63,264 nt of DNA, filler included, from an uncultured bacterium (GCA_964499705.1; 3 parts of 3 records of this genome joined end to end with filler, not necessarily neighbours in it), one strand, 5' to 3'. Counted from the first letter of the whole stretch, positions 19,622 to 29,381 are shown. Made by a program: numbers and translations. The notes: generated by a model not told the origin, from the letters alone.

Positions 19622-19685
19622 GAGTCCAAGTATATCCCATTCATCGGAGTGCCGCCATACGCGGGCCTTTCGCAGTAAAGTCCCG

Positions 19686-20306
19686 CTATTTACCGCCCTT
19701 CAACTTGTAGGTGATGTTCTCGAAGGCGATGGAGAGATCGACGGAGTAAAGCGCGATGTTTTCCGGGAGATGCAGCCGGACCGGGGCGAAGTTCACGATG
19801 CCGTCGAAGCCGGCGGCGAGCACTTCCTTCGTCACTTCCAATGCCGCCGGAGCGGGCACCGCGATGACGGCGATGCGGGCGTCGGTCCTCTCCCGGATCT
19901 TCTTCAGCTTCTCGAGCGCTTCCACGGAAATGTCGCCGATCATCTGGCCGACCTTGGAGGGATCGACATCGACGATCGCGGCGATCCGGATGTTGTGCTT
20001 CTCGAATCCGCGGTATCCGGCGAGCGCGCGGCCCAGGGAGCCGGCTCCGAAGAGAACCGCTTTCCATTCCTGGTCGAGCCCGAGAATCGAGCGGATGGAG
20101 TTGACGAGGTTCTCGACCGCGTAGCCGCGGCCCCGGACGCCGAAGGAGCCGAAGAAGGAGAGATCCTTCCGGAGCTGCGTGTCCTTCACCTGCGCAAGCT
20201 CCGCCAGGTGCGCCGACGAAACGGTCGCGAGACCTTCCTCCTGGAGGTTTTCGAGCTGCCGGAGGTAGATGGAGAGGCGGCGGATCGTGGACGTCGAGAT
20301 CTTCAT
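19686..20306 (-). CDS. rex: Redox-sensing transcriptional repressor Rex
   Basis: TIRRLSIYLRQL, QLRKDLSFFGSFGVRGRGY, GAGSLGRAL, GIVNFAP. Confidence 0.96.
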   Translation of the reverse strand: MKISTSTIRRLSIYLRQLENLQEEGLATVSSAHLAELAQVKDTQLRKDLSFFGSFGVRGRGYAVENLVNSIRSILGLDQEWKAVLFGAGSLGRALAGYRGFEKHNIRIAAIVDVDPSKVGQMIGDISVEALEKLKKIRERTDARIAVIAVPAPAALEVTKEVLAAGFDGIVNFAPVRLHLPENIALYSVDLSIAFENITYKLKGGK

Positions 20307-20380
20307 GGAAGGATATTAAACGCAAATGGCGGCGAGCAAAAGGCAAAAGGAGGGATCCGCTCCCTGCGATCCGGCGGGAT

Positions 20381-20416
20381 TAAAAAGGTGAGGCCGGAGT
20401 GGCGAGCTCCGGCCTC
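20381..20416 (-). terminator. Intrinsic terminator-like hairpin upstream of rex
   Basis: Perfect 10-bp stem GAGGCCGGAG (20390-20399) / CTCCGGCCTC (20407-20416), followed on the minus strand by ACCTTTTT. Confidence 0.55.
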
Positions 20417-20531
20417 TTATGATGAATAATACCTTTTCCGTCTTCTCGGAGGGCGAGAAGTTCCGGTAATTCATTTATCGTCTTCGCGCGTGAAAACTTA
20501 AGCGGTATTCCGGCGATGTCGATAAAGAACC

Positions 20532-21227
20532 ATGCGCACTGTGGAGAACCTCCGTCATGCCGTCCTTCCGACTTTAGTTCTTTTTTCGCTCTGCCCCTCA
20601 TTTGTTCATGCCGATGCCTCCCGCGCCCTGTCGGGCGAATTCGAATACGGTGAAAAATACACCGACGTCTATGTGGAACCCGATGCGTCGAACGAGGCGC
20701 GCGACGACGAGGAGTTCGATCGCTATGTCTATCGCAATAGCTGGCTCCAGTTCGACCAGAAGCTCCAGCCGAAGATGTCGGTATCCGTGCGGGCGCAGCA
20801 ACTGGAACGCGATTACGCGGCGCGGCCCGCGCTGGACAACACGACGCGGTACGCCAAGCTGAGGTTCTCCCTGGAGCCGCGCGAGAACTGGGCCATCTGG
20901 CCGCATGTGTCCGTGCGCCGGAAGGAATACGATGCGCGGACGCTTGATAACGACATTCTCCTGGCCGGAGTCGAAACCCGGTATCGGTGGGGCATCAGGA
21001 ACAACGTGCGGGTCGGAGCTTCGTACACAAGGACGCGATATGACGACGAGACCGCGCGCGACCGGGAAGGCGGCAGCGTCTTTGCCTCGGTGGAGAAACC
21101 GGTGACGGAGGGACTGACGGTCCGGGTGGGAGCGCGGGCGGAGCAGAATTCGTTCAGGACGCAGAGCGCATCGCGGGAGAACGCGACGAAGGGGTCCGCT
21201 TCGGTGGGGTTTCGCTACGAGTTCTGA
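20532..21227 (+). CDS. Outer-membrane beta-barrel protein, unknown function
   Basis: Signal peptide ..FVHA, alternating amphipathic strands, C-terminal VGFRYEF. Confidence 0.7.
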   Translation: MRTVENLRHAVLPTLVLFSLCPSFVHADASRALSGEFEYGEKYTDVYVEPDASNEARDDEEFDRYVYRNSWLQFDQKLQPKMSVSVRAQQLERDYAARPALDNTTRYAKLRFSLEPRENWAIWPHVSVRRKEYDARTLDNDILLAGVETRYRWGIRNNVRVGASYTRTRYDDETARDREGGSVFASVEKPVTEGLTVRVGARAEQNSFRTQSASRENATKGSASVGFRYEF

Positions 21228-21288
21228 GCGGGACCCGGAATAATTCTAGCGATCCCTCTTTCCGGGGAATCGCGATAAACTGAAATCC

Positions 21289-22407
21289 ATGAAATTATTA
21301 CGCCGACTTTCTCTTCTTCTCGTCGCCACTCTCGTGGCGCTCCTGATGGCCGAATGCTCGGTGAGAATTCTTCCTCTCCTGCCGATCTCCTCGATGGGTG
21401 CCGTCATGAGGCCGGATCCCGTTCTCGATCATTCGCTGCGTCCCGGTTCCGTCGGCAGGATGAGGAGCGAGGAATACGACATCGTCTACCGGATCAATTC
21501 CCTGGGACTTAGAGACGACGAGCCCGATGCGTGGCCCGCGGGCGATACGGTGCTCATCCTGGGAGATTCGTTCATGGAGGGATACGGCGTGGAACGGGGG
21601 GAACTGCTGGCGGACAGGCTGGAGTCGATTTCCGCGCGAGGAGGAAGAAAATGGAACGTCATCAACGCGGGCGTGAAGTCGTATTCGCCGCTCCTCGAAT
21701 ATCTCTTTCTCATCCATCGCGGGCTGGCCTGGAAACCCGACACCGTGCTCCTCTTCTTCGATCTCTCCGACCCGGCGAACGACATCTACTATGCACGGCG
21801 GTTGATGCGCGACGCGGGCGGCAGGCCGGCATCCATCCGCCCCAGGGCCACGCCTCTCGCGCTGCCGGGACGACTCGGCGCGATGCTTGATCGTCACAGC
21901 GTGCTCTATGCCTATTCCCTTCATCTTGGTCAGAAGTATTTTTCATCGAGAGATGACGTGGGCTACGCCGGAGCGGCGCTCGACCTGGAACCTCTCTTTC
22001 CGGGGCGGGACAGCATCTCCGATTCGGACTACGCCGCGCGCTGGCGGGAGTCGTTCACACACCTGCGCGGGATCCGGGACCTACTCCGCGCCAAGGGGAT
22101 CGCATTCGCGGTCGTCACGTATCCTTACGGCCACCAGGTCTGCGACGACTGCTGGCGCGACGGTCGGCTCGCTCACAACTTCCCGCCGGGCGTCTCATCG
22201 GATCGCCCGTTCCGACATCTCGCGAGCTGGGCTGCCGCGGAATCGATCCCCGTCATCTCCCTGCTGAATGCCTTCCGGAATCATCCTCACCCCGACAAGC
22301 TCTATTTCCGTTGGGACGGTCATTGGACAGCCTTGGGACACGAAATCGCGGCGGAGGAAATAATACGGGGACAGAATAATACGGGGACAGTATACTATTT
22401 TCCGTGA
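21289..22407 (+). CDS. SGNH/GDSL hydrolase (AlgJ/AlgX-like O-acyltransferase/esterase)
   Basis: N-terminal anchor, INSLGLRD, LGDSFMEG, INAGV, WDGHWTALGH. Confidence 0.85.
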   Translation: MKLLRRLSLLLVATLVALLMAECSVRILPLLPISSMGAVMRPDPVLDHSLRPGSVGRMRSEEYDIVYRINSLGLRDDEPDAWPAGDTVLILGDSFMEGYGVERGELLADRLESISARGGRKWNVINAGVKSYSPLLEYLFLIHRGLAWKPDTVLLFFDLSDPANDIYYARRLMRDAGGRPASIRPRATPLALPGRLGAMLDRHSVLYAYSLHLGQKYFSSRDDVGYAGAALDLEPLFPGRDSISDSDYAARWRESFTHLRGIRDLLRAKGIAFAVVTYPYGHQVCDDCWRDGRLAHNFPPGVSSDRPFRHLASWAAAESIPVISLLNAFRNHPHPDKLYFRWDGHWTALGHEIAAEEIIRGQNNTGTVYYFP

Positions 22408-22428
22408 ATTTATTCACGGAAAATAGTA
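22359..22428. repeat. 16-bp direct repeat x2 followed by a perfect 17-bp inverted repeat at the contig end
   Basis: AATAATACGGGGACAG at 22359-22374 and 22375-22390; TACTATTTTCCGTGAAT (22393-22409) / ATTCACGGAAAATAGTA (22412-22428). Confidence 0.8.
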
Positions 22429-22528
22429 NNNNNNNNNNNNNNNNNNNNNNNNNNNNNNNNNNNNNNNNNNNNTTAATTAATTAANNNNNNNNNNNNNNNN
22501 NNNNNNNNNNNNNNNNNNNNNNNNNNNN
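22429..22528. other. Artificial contig linker
   Basis: 100 bp of N containing TTAATTAATTAA (stops in all six frames). Confidence 0.97.
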
Positions 22529-22627
22529 CTCTATTTGCCCGCCAGTGTCATTCAAGCTTCCGAACTGTTGAAGTTGGGCTAGAAGCCCAAAATCCCATGG
22601 CGAAATGATCGCGGCTCGATGGCCGGG

Positions 22628-23836
22628 TCAGCTCACGGGGTGGCGGAGAACCCACTCGCCGTTTCGCTGCGTCCAAAGGTGCGGTGAGCGAGCGCCCACG
22701 ATCACTTCACGGAACTTCTCTTCCGTGATACCGATATACTCAAGAAATTCCAGGTAATACTTTTGTGGAAACTCCCCGTCGTACCGGCGCACAAGGGAAA
22801 TCCCCTCCTCGCGCGTGATGTGGCCGGCCCGTATCTCCTGGGCGGCATCGTAGCTGGCCCGGCCGACTCCGAACTTGATGTATGTCGTGAAGTAATGCAT
22901 GCCGTCGATCTTGTCGTCGAGCGATGAGTATTTGGAGTACGTTCCTTCGGTCCGTTCCGGATTCACCTCGAACCCGGTGTTCTCGACGGCGTAGTAGAAA
23001 TTAGCTTGCGGATCCCATTTCTGATAGTAGCTCAGGTGGTGCACTTCCGTGCCGGTCTCTTCGACCCGGTCGAGATCCAGAGGAAGGTAAGGCAGGAGTT
23101 CCCGCCGGGCCACGCCTTCCGCCTCGAGCTGCTCCATATCGAGGCCGCTGATCCGGATCGCGCCTGAATCGGACCGGGGCGCGGCGTAGAATGAGTGATC
23201 CATGCGCGGATTAAAGTTGCCCTTGAGCTTCGAGTTGTATTCGGCCGCGTGTTCGCCATACATGACGAGCTTGATCCCTTTATCGACCGAGAGCCGCGGA
23301 GCGACATTTCGCTGGCCGATGATAAATGGCTGGAAGGGATGGACCAGATTCAAAAAAGCAAGTTGAGTGAGCTTGCGGTGAACTTTACCGTTGGGCGTGA
23401 CGAGGACGTTGTCGAACCCGGCATGAATGAGGTTCTGGAAATTCCGCCACCCGATCTCCGTGTAGATGTGCGGCGCCCAGGTGACAGTCAGCGGGTTCAT
23501 TCCGTATTTGTGTTTGAGAAGATGCGCCGCGAAACAACTGTCCTTGCCGCCGCTGGAAGGCACGATGACGTCATATCCGCCATCATGGCGGCGATGGCGG
23601 TCGAGAAGATCCAGAAGTTCCTGCTCCCGCTCTTTCCAGTCGATCTGCCGCTTCAGCTCCGCGTATTTACAGGCGTGGCAGATTCCATCCTCGTCGAAAT
23701 TCAGCGTCGGCTTCAGGTCGGTCGGTCGGTTCTTGATCTCCACGACCGCTGAGGGCATCTGGTTCGACATGATACATCGTCTGCAGAAGAGAACTTTCCG
23801 CGGAAGCCCCCACTTGACTTCGCAGGACTCGTCCAC
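22628..23836 (-). CDS. N-acetyl sugar amidotransferase (PseA/WbuX/PtmG family)
   Basis: FCRRC..GICHAC, YDVIVPSSGGKDS PP-loop, YSSLDDKID, YIKFGVGRASYDAAQEIRAG. Confidence 0.92.
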   Translation of the reverse strand: MDESCEVKWGLPRKVLFCRRCIMSNQMPSAVVEIKNRPTDLKPTLNFDEDGICHACKYAELKRQIDWKEREQELLDLLDRHRRHDGGYDVIVPSSGGKDSCFAAHLLKHKYGMNPLTVTWAPHIYTEIGWRNFQNLIHAGFDNVLVTPNGKVHRKLTQLAFLNLVHPFQPFIIGQRNVAPRLSVDKGIKLVMYGEHAAEYNSKLKGNFNPRMDHSFYAAPRSDSGAIRISGLDMEQLEAEGVARRELLPYLPLDLDRVEETGTEVHHLSYYQKWDPQANFYYAVENTGFEVNPERTEGTYSKYSSLDDKIDGMHYFTTYIKFGVGRASYDAAQEIRAGHITREEGISLVRRYDGEFPQKYYLEFLEYIGITEEKFREVIVGARSPHLWTQRNGEWVLRHPVS

Positions 23837-24113
23837 CGAGCCGATTTCCGGCGTCAGATCTGTTCGTTCGCGCGTGGGAATTGTCCTCGCCTCCTGCAGG
23901 AATTATAGGCGGTTACTCACCGGTTTCATAATGAGAATTGGTGTTCGTCACGCATTTCGAATTGACGACTTTGCGGCCCTTCACGTACCCTTTTGCCTGT
24001 GGTCCAAAAATCAATGTTCCTATCAGTATCAGTTTCCATGTCTTGGAACGGGAGATCACTCGTCGACGGACACGGCGCTTCTCGCGTGGCGCGGGTGATT
24101 ATGGAGAAATCAT

Positions 24114-27014
24114 CTGCGAGAGGGTAGCGAGACGATCCTCTCCCGCATCGCGGCCCACGCCGCGGCGGCCGGGGCGGAGCCGTTTCTCCGGCTTCTTGAC
24201 GCAGACGGGAGGGCTGAGAACTATACATACGGTCGGCTCGTCGAGGAGGCGTCCTGCTGGACGGCACTCTACGAGGAGAGAGGGCTGGGCCCGGGCGACG
24301 GGGTCGGCATCGTACTGCCCCACGGAATTGATCTTTACGCTTCCTTCGTGGGGGCGCTTCGCGGTGGTTTCGTTCCGGCGATCTTTGCGGCCCCCTCTCC
24401 CAAACTTGCCGAGTCGGAGTTTCTTCGCATAATGGACGCCCTCCTTGTCAACGCTCGCCCTCGTCTTGTCGTGAGCGATCCGCAGTGGTGTGCGCTTCTG
24501 GAGGACAGGTCGGGACCGAACGGTTGCGCGGCCTTCGTCTCGCCATCCGACAAGACCGCGGGCGCTTCAGGAATTTCCGCCACCCCAGTCCCAGACGACA
24601 TCGCGTTTCTCCAATACTCCTCAGGAACGACCGGTTTGAAGAAGGGGGTCGCGATCACGCACCGGGCTCTTCTTTGGCAGATCGACGCCTACGCCGAGGC
24701 AATTGGCATGCGGGATCGAGACGTCGTCGTCTCGTGGCTTCCCCTCTACCACGACATGGGCCTGATCGCCTGCCTCTTTTTTCCGCTTCTCCGGCGGGTT
24801 CCGCTCGTTGCGCTCTCGCCCTTCGACTGGGTACGGCGCCCGGGTCTTCTTCTGCGCGCCGTCTCCGACTTTCGGGGTACGCTCTGCTGGCTTCCGAACT
24901 TCGCCTTCTCCTTTCTTGCTCGAAATGTTTCACAGAGAGACCTCGAGGGGATCGATCTCTCGTCTCTTCGTGGCGTGGTGAACTGTAGCGAACCGATCTC
25001 GGCCTCGAGCCATCGTGCGTTCCTCAAAGTTTTCGTGCCCCGCGGACTTCGGCCCGACTCGATCGCCGCCTCGTATGCCCTTGCCGAGAATACGTTTGCG
25101 GTTACGTCAGGAGGTTTCGGCAAGTCGGTCGTGGAGGATACAATCGACAGGGAGATCTTCGCGAGGGAGGGCCGTGCGGTCTCCGTAGGTTCCGTTCCCT
25201 CATTTCCTGGAGCCGTCCGTACGTGGGTCGGCTCCGGCCGGCCGCTCCCCGCAACGCGGATCGAGATCGTCGACGAGGAAGGTAGAGTCCTTCCAGAGCG
25301 ACACGTCGGAGAGATCCTTCTTCGAAGCCCCTGTCTCATGCGCGAGTACCATCGAAACCCCGAGGCGACTGCGGCAGCCCTGCGCGTTGGGGTGCTAAGG
25401 ACGGGAGATATCGGGTATCTGGCCGGAGAGGAACTCTTCGTGACCGGGCGAAAGAAGGATCTCATCATCGTTGGGGGACAGAATGTCTACCCGCAAGACG
25501 TCGAATCGACCCTTCACGATCTCCCGGGGGTCGTGCCCGGGAGGTCGGTAGCCTTCGGTATTGCGGACGAGGAGCGGGGGACTGAGCGACTCGTTGTGAT
25601 GGCGGAGACGACATGCGATGGCCCGGACGAGAAGGAGAGGATTCGAGGGTTGATCTTCGAACGCGTCACTTCCGAAACGCTCGTGACGCCGTCCGACGTA
25701 TGCGTGGTTCCGCCCAGGTTCCTTCTCAAGTCGACCTCCGGGAAGATCGCGCGCGCCGCGAACCGCGATCGGTACCTCGAAATGATTCGGGGCACCGAGC
25801 CCGAAGCGTGGACATCCTCGCCCGAGGTCGAAGCCCACCCTCTTATCGAGTCGGTCCGCCGATGCGTGATCGAGTCCCTTGACCGTTCTCCCGTGACGCG
25901 AGGCCGTCGTCCTCGAGACGATGAATCAATCGTCGCCTCGGGACTGATCGACTCTCTCGAACTCGCCTCGGTTATCCTCGCCGTCGAGAATGCTTGCGAC
26001 ATGCGGTTCCCTTCAACCGCGATCGCCAACCTTTCTCATTTTGATACAATTCAGAGGATCGTCGCTCTCGTGGAAAAGTCGAGGGAGTCGAAGCCTGAAG
26101 CGGAGATCAAAGTGGCCACCGACGCAGAAACCCGTAGCAACAAATGTCTCCACTACCTGGCTTCCGATCGCCGAACGGATCTCCTGATTCTCGGTTCGAG
26201 CAGGGCAATGCCGCTACACACGGCTCTTGCCGATTCGTTCGGATACAACTCGTTCAATTTTACGGTCGCCAGCGCAGGCACCGAGGATCTGTACTGCATT
26301 CTCCGGTTCGTGCTCGATCGAAACACCGTTCCCCTGAGACGGATACTGCTCAGTCTCGATATCGAGATGTTCTCACCGGAATTCGGGGTCGACTTTCGTC
26401 TTCCGCGCTGTCGACTCCTGCGCGATTATTTGGATCCCAACGCTCCGCCCGGTCGCATCACGTTCGAAGAGATGCGTTCGATGGAGGCTTCGACGGACCC
26501 CTTTCCAGAGGATCGTTTAGGCGCCATTCGAATGATCCAGAAGACGGGGGTTGGGCCGGAGATCGAAGGTTTCTACTGTTCGCCCAAAGGAGACTACATC
26601 TTCGATCGGCGTCCCGAAGAACCACGGCGGCCCCAGTGCATCCAGGACCCCCACGATAAAGACGCCGACTGCAGGGTGAGATTTCGCGGCTTCGCCTGTT
26701 TGTGCCCTTCGAAGGTGTATTACTTCGAAAATTTTCTCAGGCTCTGCACCAAGCACAAGATCGAGGTCACCGTCTGGCTTTCGACGCTTCACCCCGTAGC
26801 CGAGCGCTTTCTATTGAAACACTGCAGTTACGCGGAGCGGATCGAGGATCTTCGGAGTATTTTGCCCCAACTTCCGTACCCCGGACTGCAACTTCTGAAC
26901 TACTCCCTGCCGGCCCACTTCGGTGGGCTGGATGAGGACTTTCGCGACGCCACCCACATGGGCGAGATCAACTCGGATCTACTCCTTCGGCATATTTTAT
27001 CCGGCGATCGATGA
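24114..27014 (+). CDS. Fatty acyl-AMP ligase + acyl carrier domain + SGNH/DltD-like domain fusion (start uncertain)
   Basis: QYSSGTTG, SWLPLYHDMGLI, SYALAE, RTGDIG, KSTSGK; ACP GLIDSL; ILGSSR..FRDATH. Ligase-like sequence continues in frame upstream of the 24348 GTG to about 24114. Confidence 0.85.
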   Translation: MREGSETILSRIAAHAAAAGAEPFLRLLDADGRAENYTYGRLVEEASCWTALYEERGLGPGDGVGIVLPHGIDLYASFVGALRGGFVPAIFAAPSPKLAESEFLRIMDALLVNARPRLVVSDPQWCALLEDRSGPNGCAAFVSPSDKTAGASGISATPVPDDIAFLQYSSGTTGLKKGVAITHRALLWQIDAYAEAIGMRDRDVVVSWLPLYHDMGLIACLFFPLLRRVPLVALSPFDWVRRPGLLLRAVSDFRGTLCWLPNFAFSFLARNVSQRDLEGIDLSSLRGVVNCSEPISASSHRAFLKVFVPRGLRPDSIAASYALAENTFAVTSGGFGKSVVEDTIDREIFAREGRAVSVGSVPSFPGAVRTWVGSGRPLPATRIEIVDEEGRVLPERHVGEILLRSPCLMREYHRNPEATAAALRVGVLRTGDIGYLAGEELFVTGRKKDLIIVGGQNVYPQDVESTLHDLPGVVPGRSVAFGIADEERGTERLVVMAETTCDGPDEKERIRGLIFERVTSETLVTPSDVCVVPPRFLLKSTSGKIARAANRDRYLEMIRGTEPEAWTSSPEVEAHPLIESVRRCVIESLDRSPVTRGRRPRDDESIVASGLIDSLELASVILAVENACDMRFPSTAIANLSHFDTIQRIVALVEKSRESKPEAEIKVATDAETRSNKCLHYLASDRRTDLLILGSSRAMPLHTALADSFGYNSFNFTVASAGTEDLYCILRFVLDRNTVPLRRILLSLDIEMFSPEFGVDFRLPRCRLLRDYLDPNAPPGRITFEEMRSMEASTDPFPEDRLGAIRMIQKTGVGPEIEGFYCSPKGDYIFDRRPEEPRRPQCIQDPHDKDADCRVRFRGFACLCPSKVYYFENFLRLCTKHKIEVTVWLSTLHPVAERFLLKHCSYAERIEDLRSILPQLPYPGLQLLNYSLPAHFGGLDEDFRDATHMGEINSDLLLRHILSGDR

Positions 27015-27236
27015 GGTTCGACGGTTCAGACGGGAGCCACTTGGCGAAAGAGACGATCATGGGAGGGAATCCGCTGGAGAATTTTCGTGAGACCGTGTCC
27101 CTCGGTTTCAGCGCTCCTTGCGGAACCACCGCTTGTTCTGTATCGTTCCGTATCATGAAGGTTCGAACGATGGCGCCCGGCTGTTTTCAAGGGTCGAGCG
27201 TGCGGCAGTCCAAATTCGATATGCCGAAATGATACG

Positions 27237-28343
27237 TTGCGCTCGCCGCTGCTCGCGCGGGACCCGACCCTCCATGATCCCGCGCTCGTGATCGGTTCCC
27301 TACCCATTCGTTCGGCAGACTCCGTGACGATTCCGCCCGGATCCTCGCTTCGCCGCGCGCTGGAGGCGATTCAGTCCGGCGGGTTGGCGATCGCGCTCGT
27401 TGCCGAAAAGGGCGGTCCGCTGATCGGCATCCTGATGGACTCGGATATCCGGAAAGGGCTGATCGGAGGATACAGCGTCGATGCGATCGTGGATCCCCTG
27501 ATCAATCTCAAACCGATAACGGCTTCTCCAGCAATCACTCTGGCGAAGATGATGGAACTGATGGAGGCTTATAACATCTCGCAGGTTCCGATTCTGGACG
27601 AAGTGGGGCGCGCCGTGGGGGTCACGGTGCGGTGGGATCTCGTCGAGAGCGCCTCCTATGATCTGCCGGTCGTCGTGCTTGCGGGCGGGAATAACAGCCG
27701 GGATGGATATACCTCGCCGGCGGCGAGCGATCCGGCCCGACCCGTCAGGGAGTCGTCCGTTCTGGAAAATCTCCTTCGCCAGCTCGTCATCTGCGGCTTC
27801 GGCAACATCTGGTTCGCGGTGAACAGCCGCGCATACCGGCTGAAGAAATATTTCGGCGACGGGAGCGCCTTCGGCGTCCGGCTGAAGTATCTCGAAGAAA
27901 CCTCGCCCCTGGGAACGGCCGGCGCTCTGCGCCTTCTTCCCGGCGATCTTCCGTCGCCCGTATTGGTCGTGAACGGCGACATCATCACGAAAGTTCACTT
28001 CGGCCATCTCATCGCCTATCACCGGAAATCCGGCGTCGACGGAACCATTCCCGTGATTCCGCGCGCCGCGACAATTCCTTATGGCGTTGTGGAGACAAAC
28101 GCGGAGGAGATCGTGACGATCTCCGAAAAGCCCGTGATCCATTTCAAGATCATTGCGGGAATCTATGTTCTGGAGAAAAAATTCGCATCGCTCATTCCGG
28201 AAAACGAAATGATGAGCATGCCGGATCTTCTGCGAGCGGGACTACGCAGCGGCTGGCGCATCCAATCGTTTCCCATTCATGAGGAATGGTTCGATACCGG
28301 AAGTCCGACCGAAAATATCCGGGCGAAACGAAGCGATTACTGA
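27237..28343 (+). CDS. CBS-pair + sugar-phosphate nucleotidyltransferase (PtmE/LegX-like) with degenerate active-site loop
   Basis: CBS pair (DSDIRKGL, ISQVPILD), YFGDGSAFGV, PLGTAGAL, VVNGDI; GGNNSRDGYT..SDP replaces GGxGxRLxPLT..PKP. Confidence 0.85.
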   Translation: MRSPLLARDPTLHDPALVIGSLPIRSADSVTIPPGSSLRRALEAIQSGGLAIALVAEKGGPLIGILMDSDIRKGLIGGYSVDAIVDPLINLKPITASPAITLAKMMELMEAYNISQVPILDEVGRAVGVTVRWDLVESASYDLPVVVLAGGNNSRDGYTSPAASDPARPVRESSVLENLLRQLVICGFGNIWFAVNSRAYRLKKYFGDGSAFGVRLKYLEETSPLGTAGALRLLPGDLPSPVLVVNGDIITKVHFGHLIAYHRKSGVDGTIPVIPRAATIPYGVVETNAEEIVTISEKPVIHFKIIAGIYVLEKKFASLIPENEMMSMPDLLRAGLRSGWRIQSFPIHEEWFDTGSPTENIRAKRSDY

Positions 28344-29381
28344 GTGAGCGATTTCGCGATCGCCGGCCGGAAGATCGGTCCGGAAGAGAGGCCGTTTGTC
28401 ATCGCCGAGATCGGGATCAATCACGAGGGGGATTTCAGCAAAGCTCTTCGCATGATCGACGATGCGGCCGCGGCAGGATGCGAGTGCGTCAAGTTCCAGT
28501 GTCATATCGTCGAAGATGAGATGATCCCCGCCGCGGGCAGGATCATTCCCGTGAATGCTCCGGACTCCATCTGGGACATCATGGTTCGTTGCTCGTTCGA
28601 CGAAGACCAGGATCGGGAGCTGAAACGCCACGTGGAATCCCATGGCATGATCCACCTCTCGACGCCCTTTTCGCGCGCGGCCGCTGATCGGCTGGAAAAG
28701 ATCGGCGTGGTCGCCTACAAGATCGGATCCGGCGAGTGCAACAACCACCCCCTCATCGATCACATCGCCCGATTTCGAAAACCCGTCATCCTCTCCACCG
28801 GGATGAACGATATCGCCTCGATCCGCCCGTCCGTCGAGATCCTGCGGCGGCACGCGGTCCCCTTTGCCTTGATGCACTGCACATCGATGTATCCGACGCC
28901 GTATGACAAGGTGCGTCTCGGAGCGCTCGCGATGTTGCAGAACGAATTCCCCGGCGTTCCGATCGGCCTCTCCGATCATACCATCGATAATTTCGCGTGT
29001 TATGGCGCCGTTGCCCTGGGAGCTTCACTATTGGAGCGTCATTTCACTTCGGACAAGAACTGGCCCGGCCCGGACATTGCGATCTCGATGGATCCTGCTG
29101 ATCTCGCAGAACTCGTTAAAGGAAGCGCCGCGATCCACGCCGCGCGTGGAGGCGAGAAGACGATTCTGCCCGAGGAGAAAGCGACGATCGATTTCGCCTA
29201 TGCCACCGTGGTCACGATCGCGCCGATTCGGGCAGGCGATATATTCACGCGGGACAATCTTTGGGTGAAGCGCCCCGGAACCGGGCCGATTCCGGCGCGC
29301 GACTTCGAATCGATTCTTGGAAAGCGGGCTAAGATCGATCTTGCGCCGGACGTTCATCTGCTCATCGAGGAGATCACGTGA
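28344..29381 (+). CDS. neuB: N-acetylneuraminate (nonulosonate) synthase with C-terminal SAF domain
   Basis: IAEIGINHEG, STPFS, KIGSGE, LSTGM, GLSDH, ERHFT, KRPGTG. Confidence 0.95.
   Translation: MSDFAIAGRKIGPEERPFVIAEIGINHEGDFSKALRMIDDAAAAGCECVKFQCHIVEDEMIPAAGRIIPVNAPDSIWDIMVRCSFDEDQDRELKRHVESHGMIHLSTPFSRAAADRLEKIGVVAYKIGSGECNNHPLIDHIARFRKPVILSTGMNDIASIRPSVEILRRHAVPFALMHCTSMYPTPYDKVRLGALAMLQNEFPGVPIGLSDHTIDNFACYGAVALGASLLERHFTSDKNWPGPDIAISMDPADLAELVKGSAAIHAARGGEKTILPEEKATIDFAYATVVTIAPIRAGDIFTRDNLWVKRPGTGPIPARDFESILGKRAKIDLAPDVHLLIEEIT

Noticed and set aside
20466-20510. Rex operator (GTGAA half site)
   Set aside because: The second half does not match TTGTGAA-N4-TTCACAA
22473-22484. TTAATTAATTAA palindrome (also 44072-44083)
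   Set aside because: Artificial six-frame stop linker inside N runs
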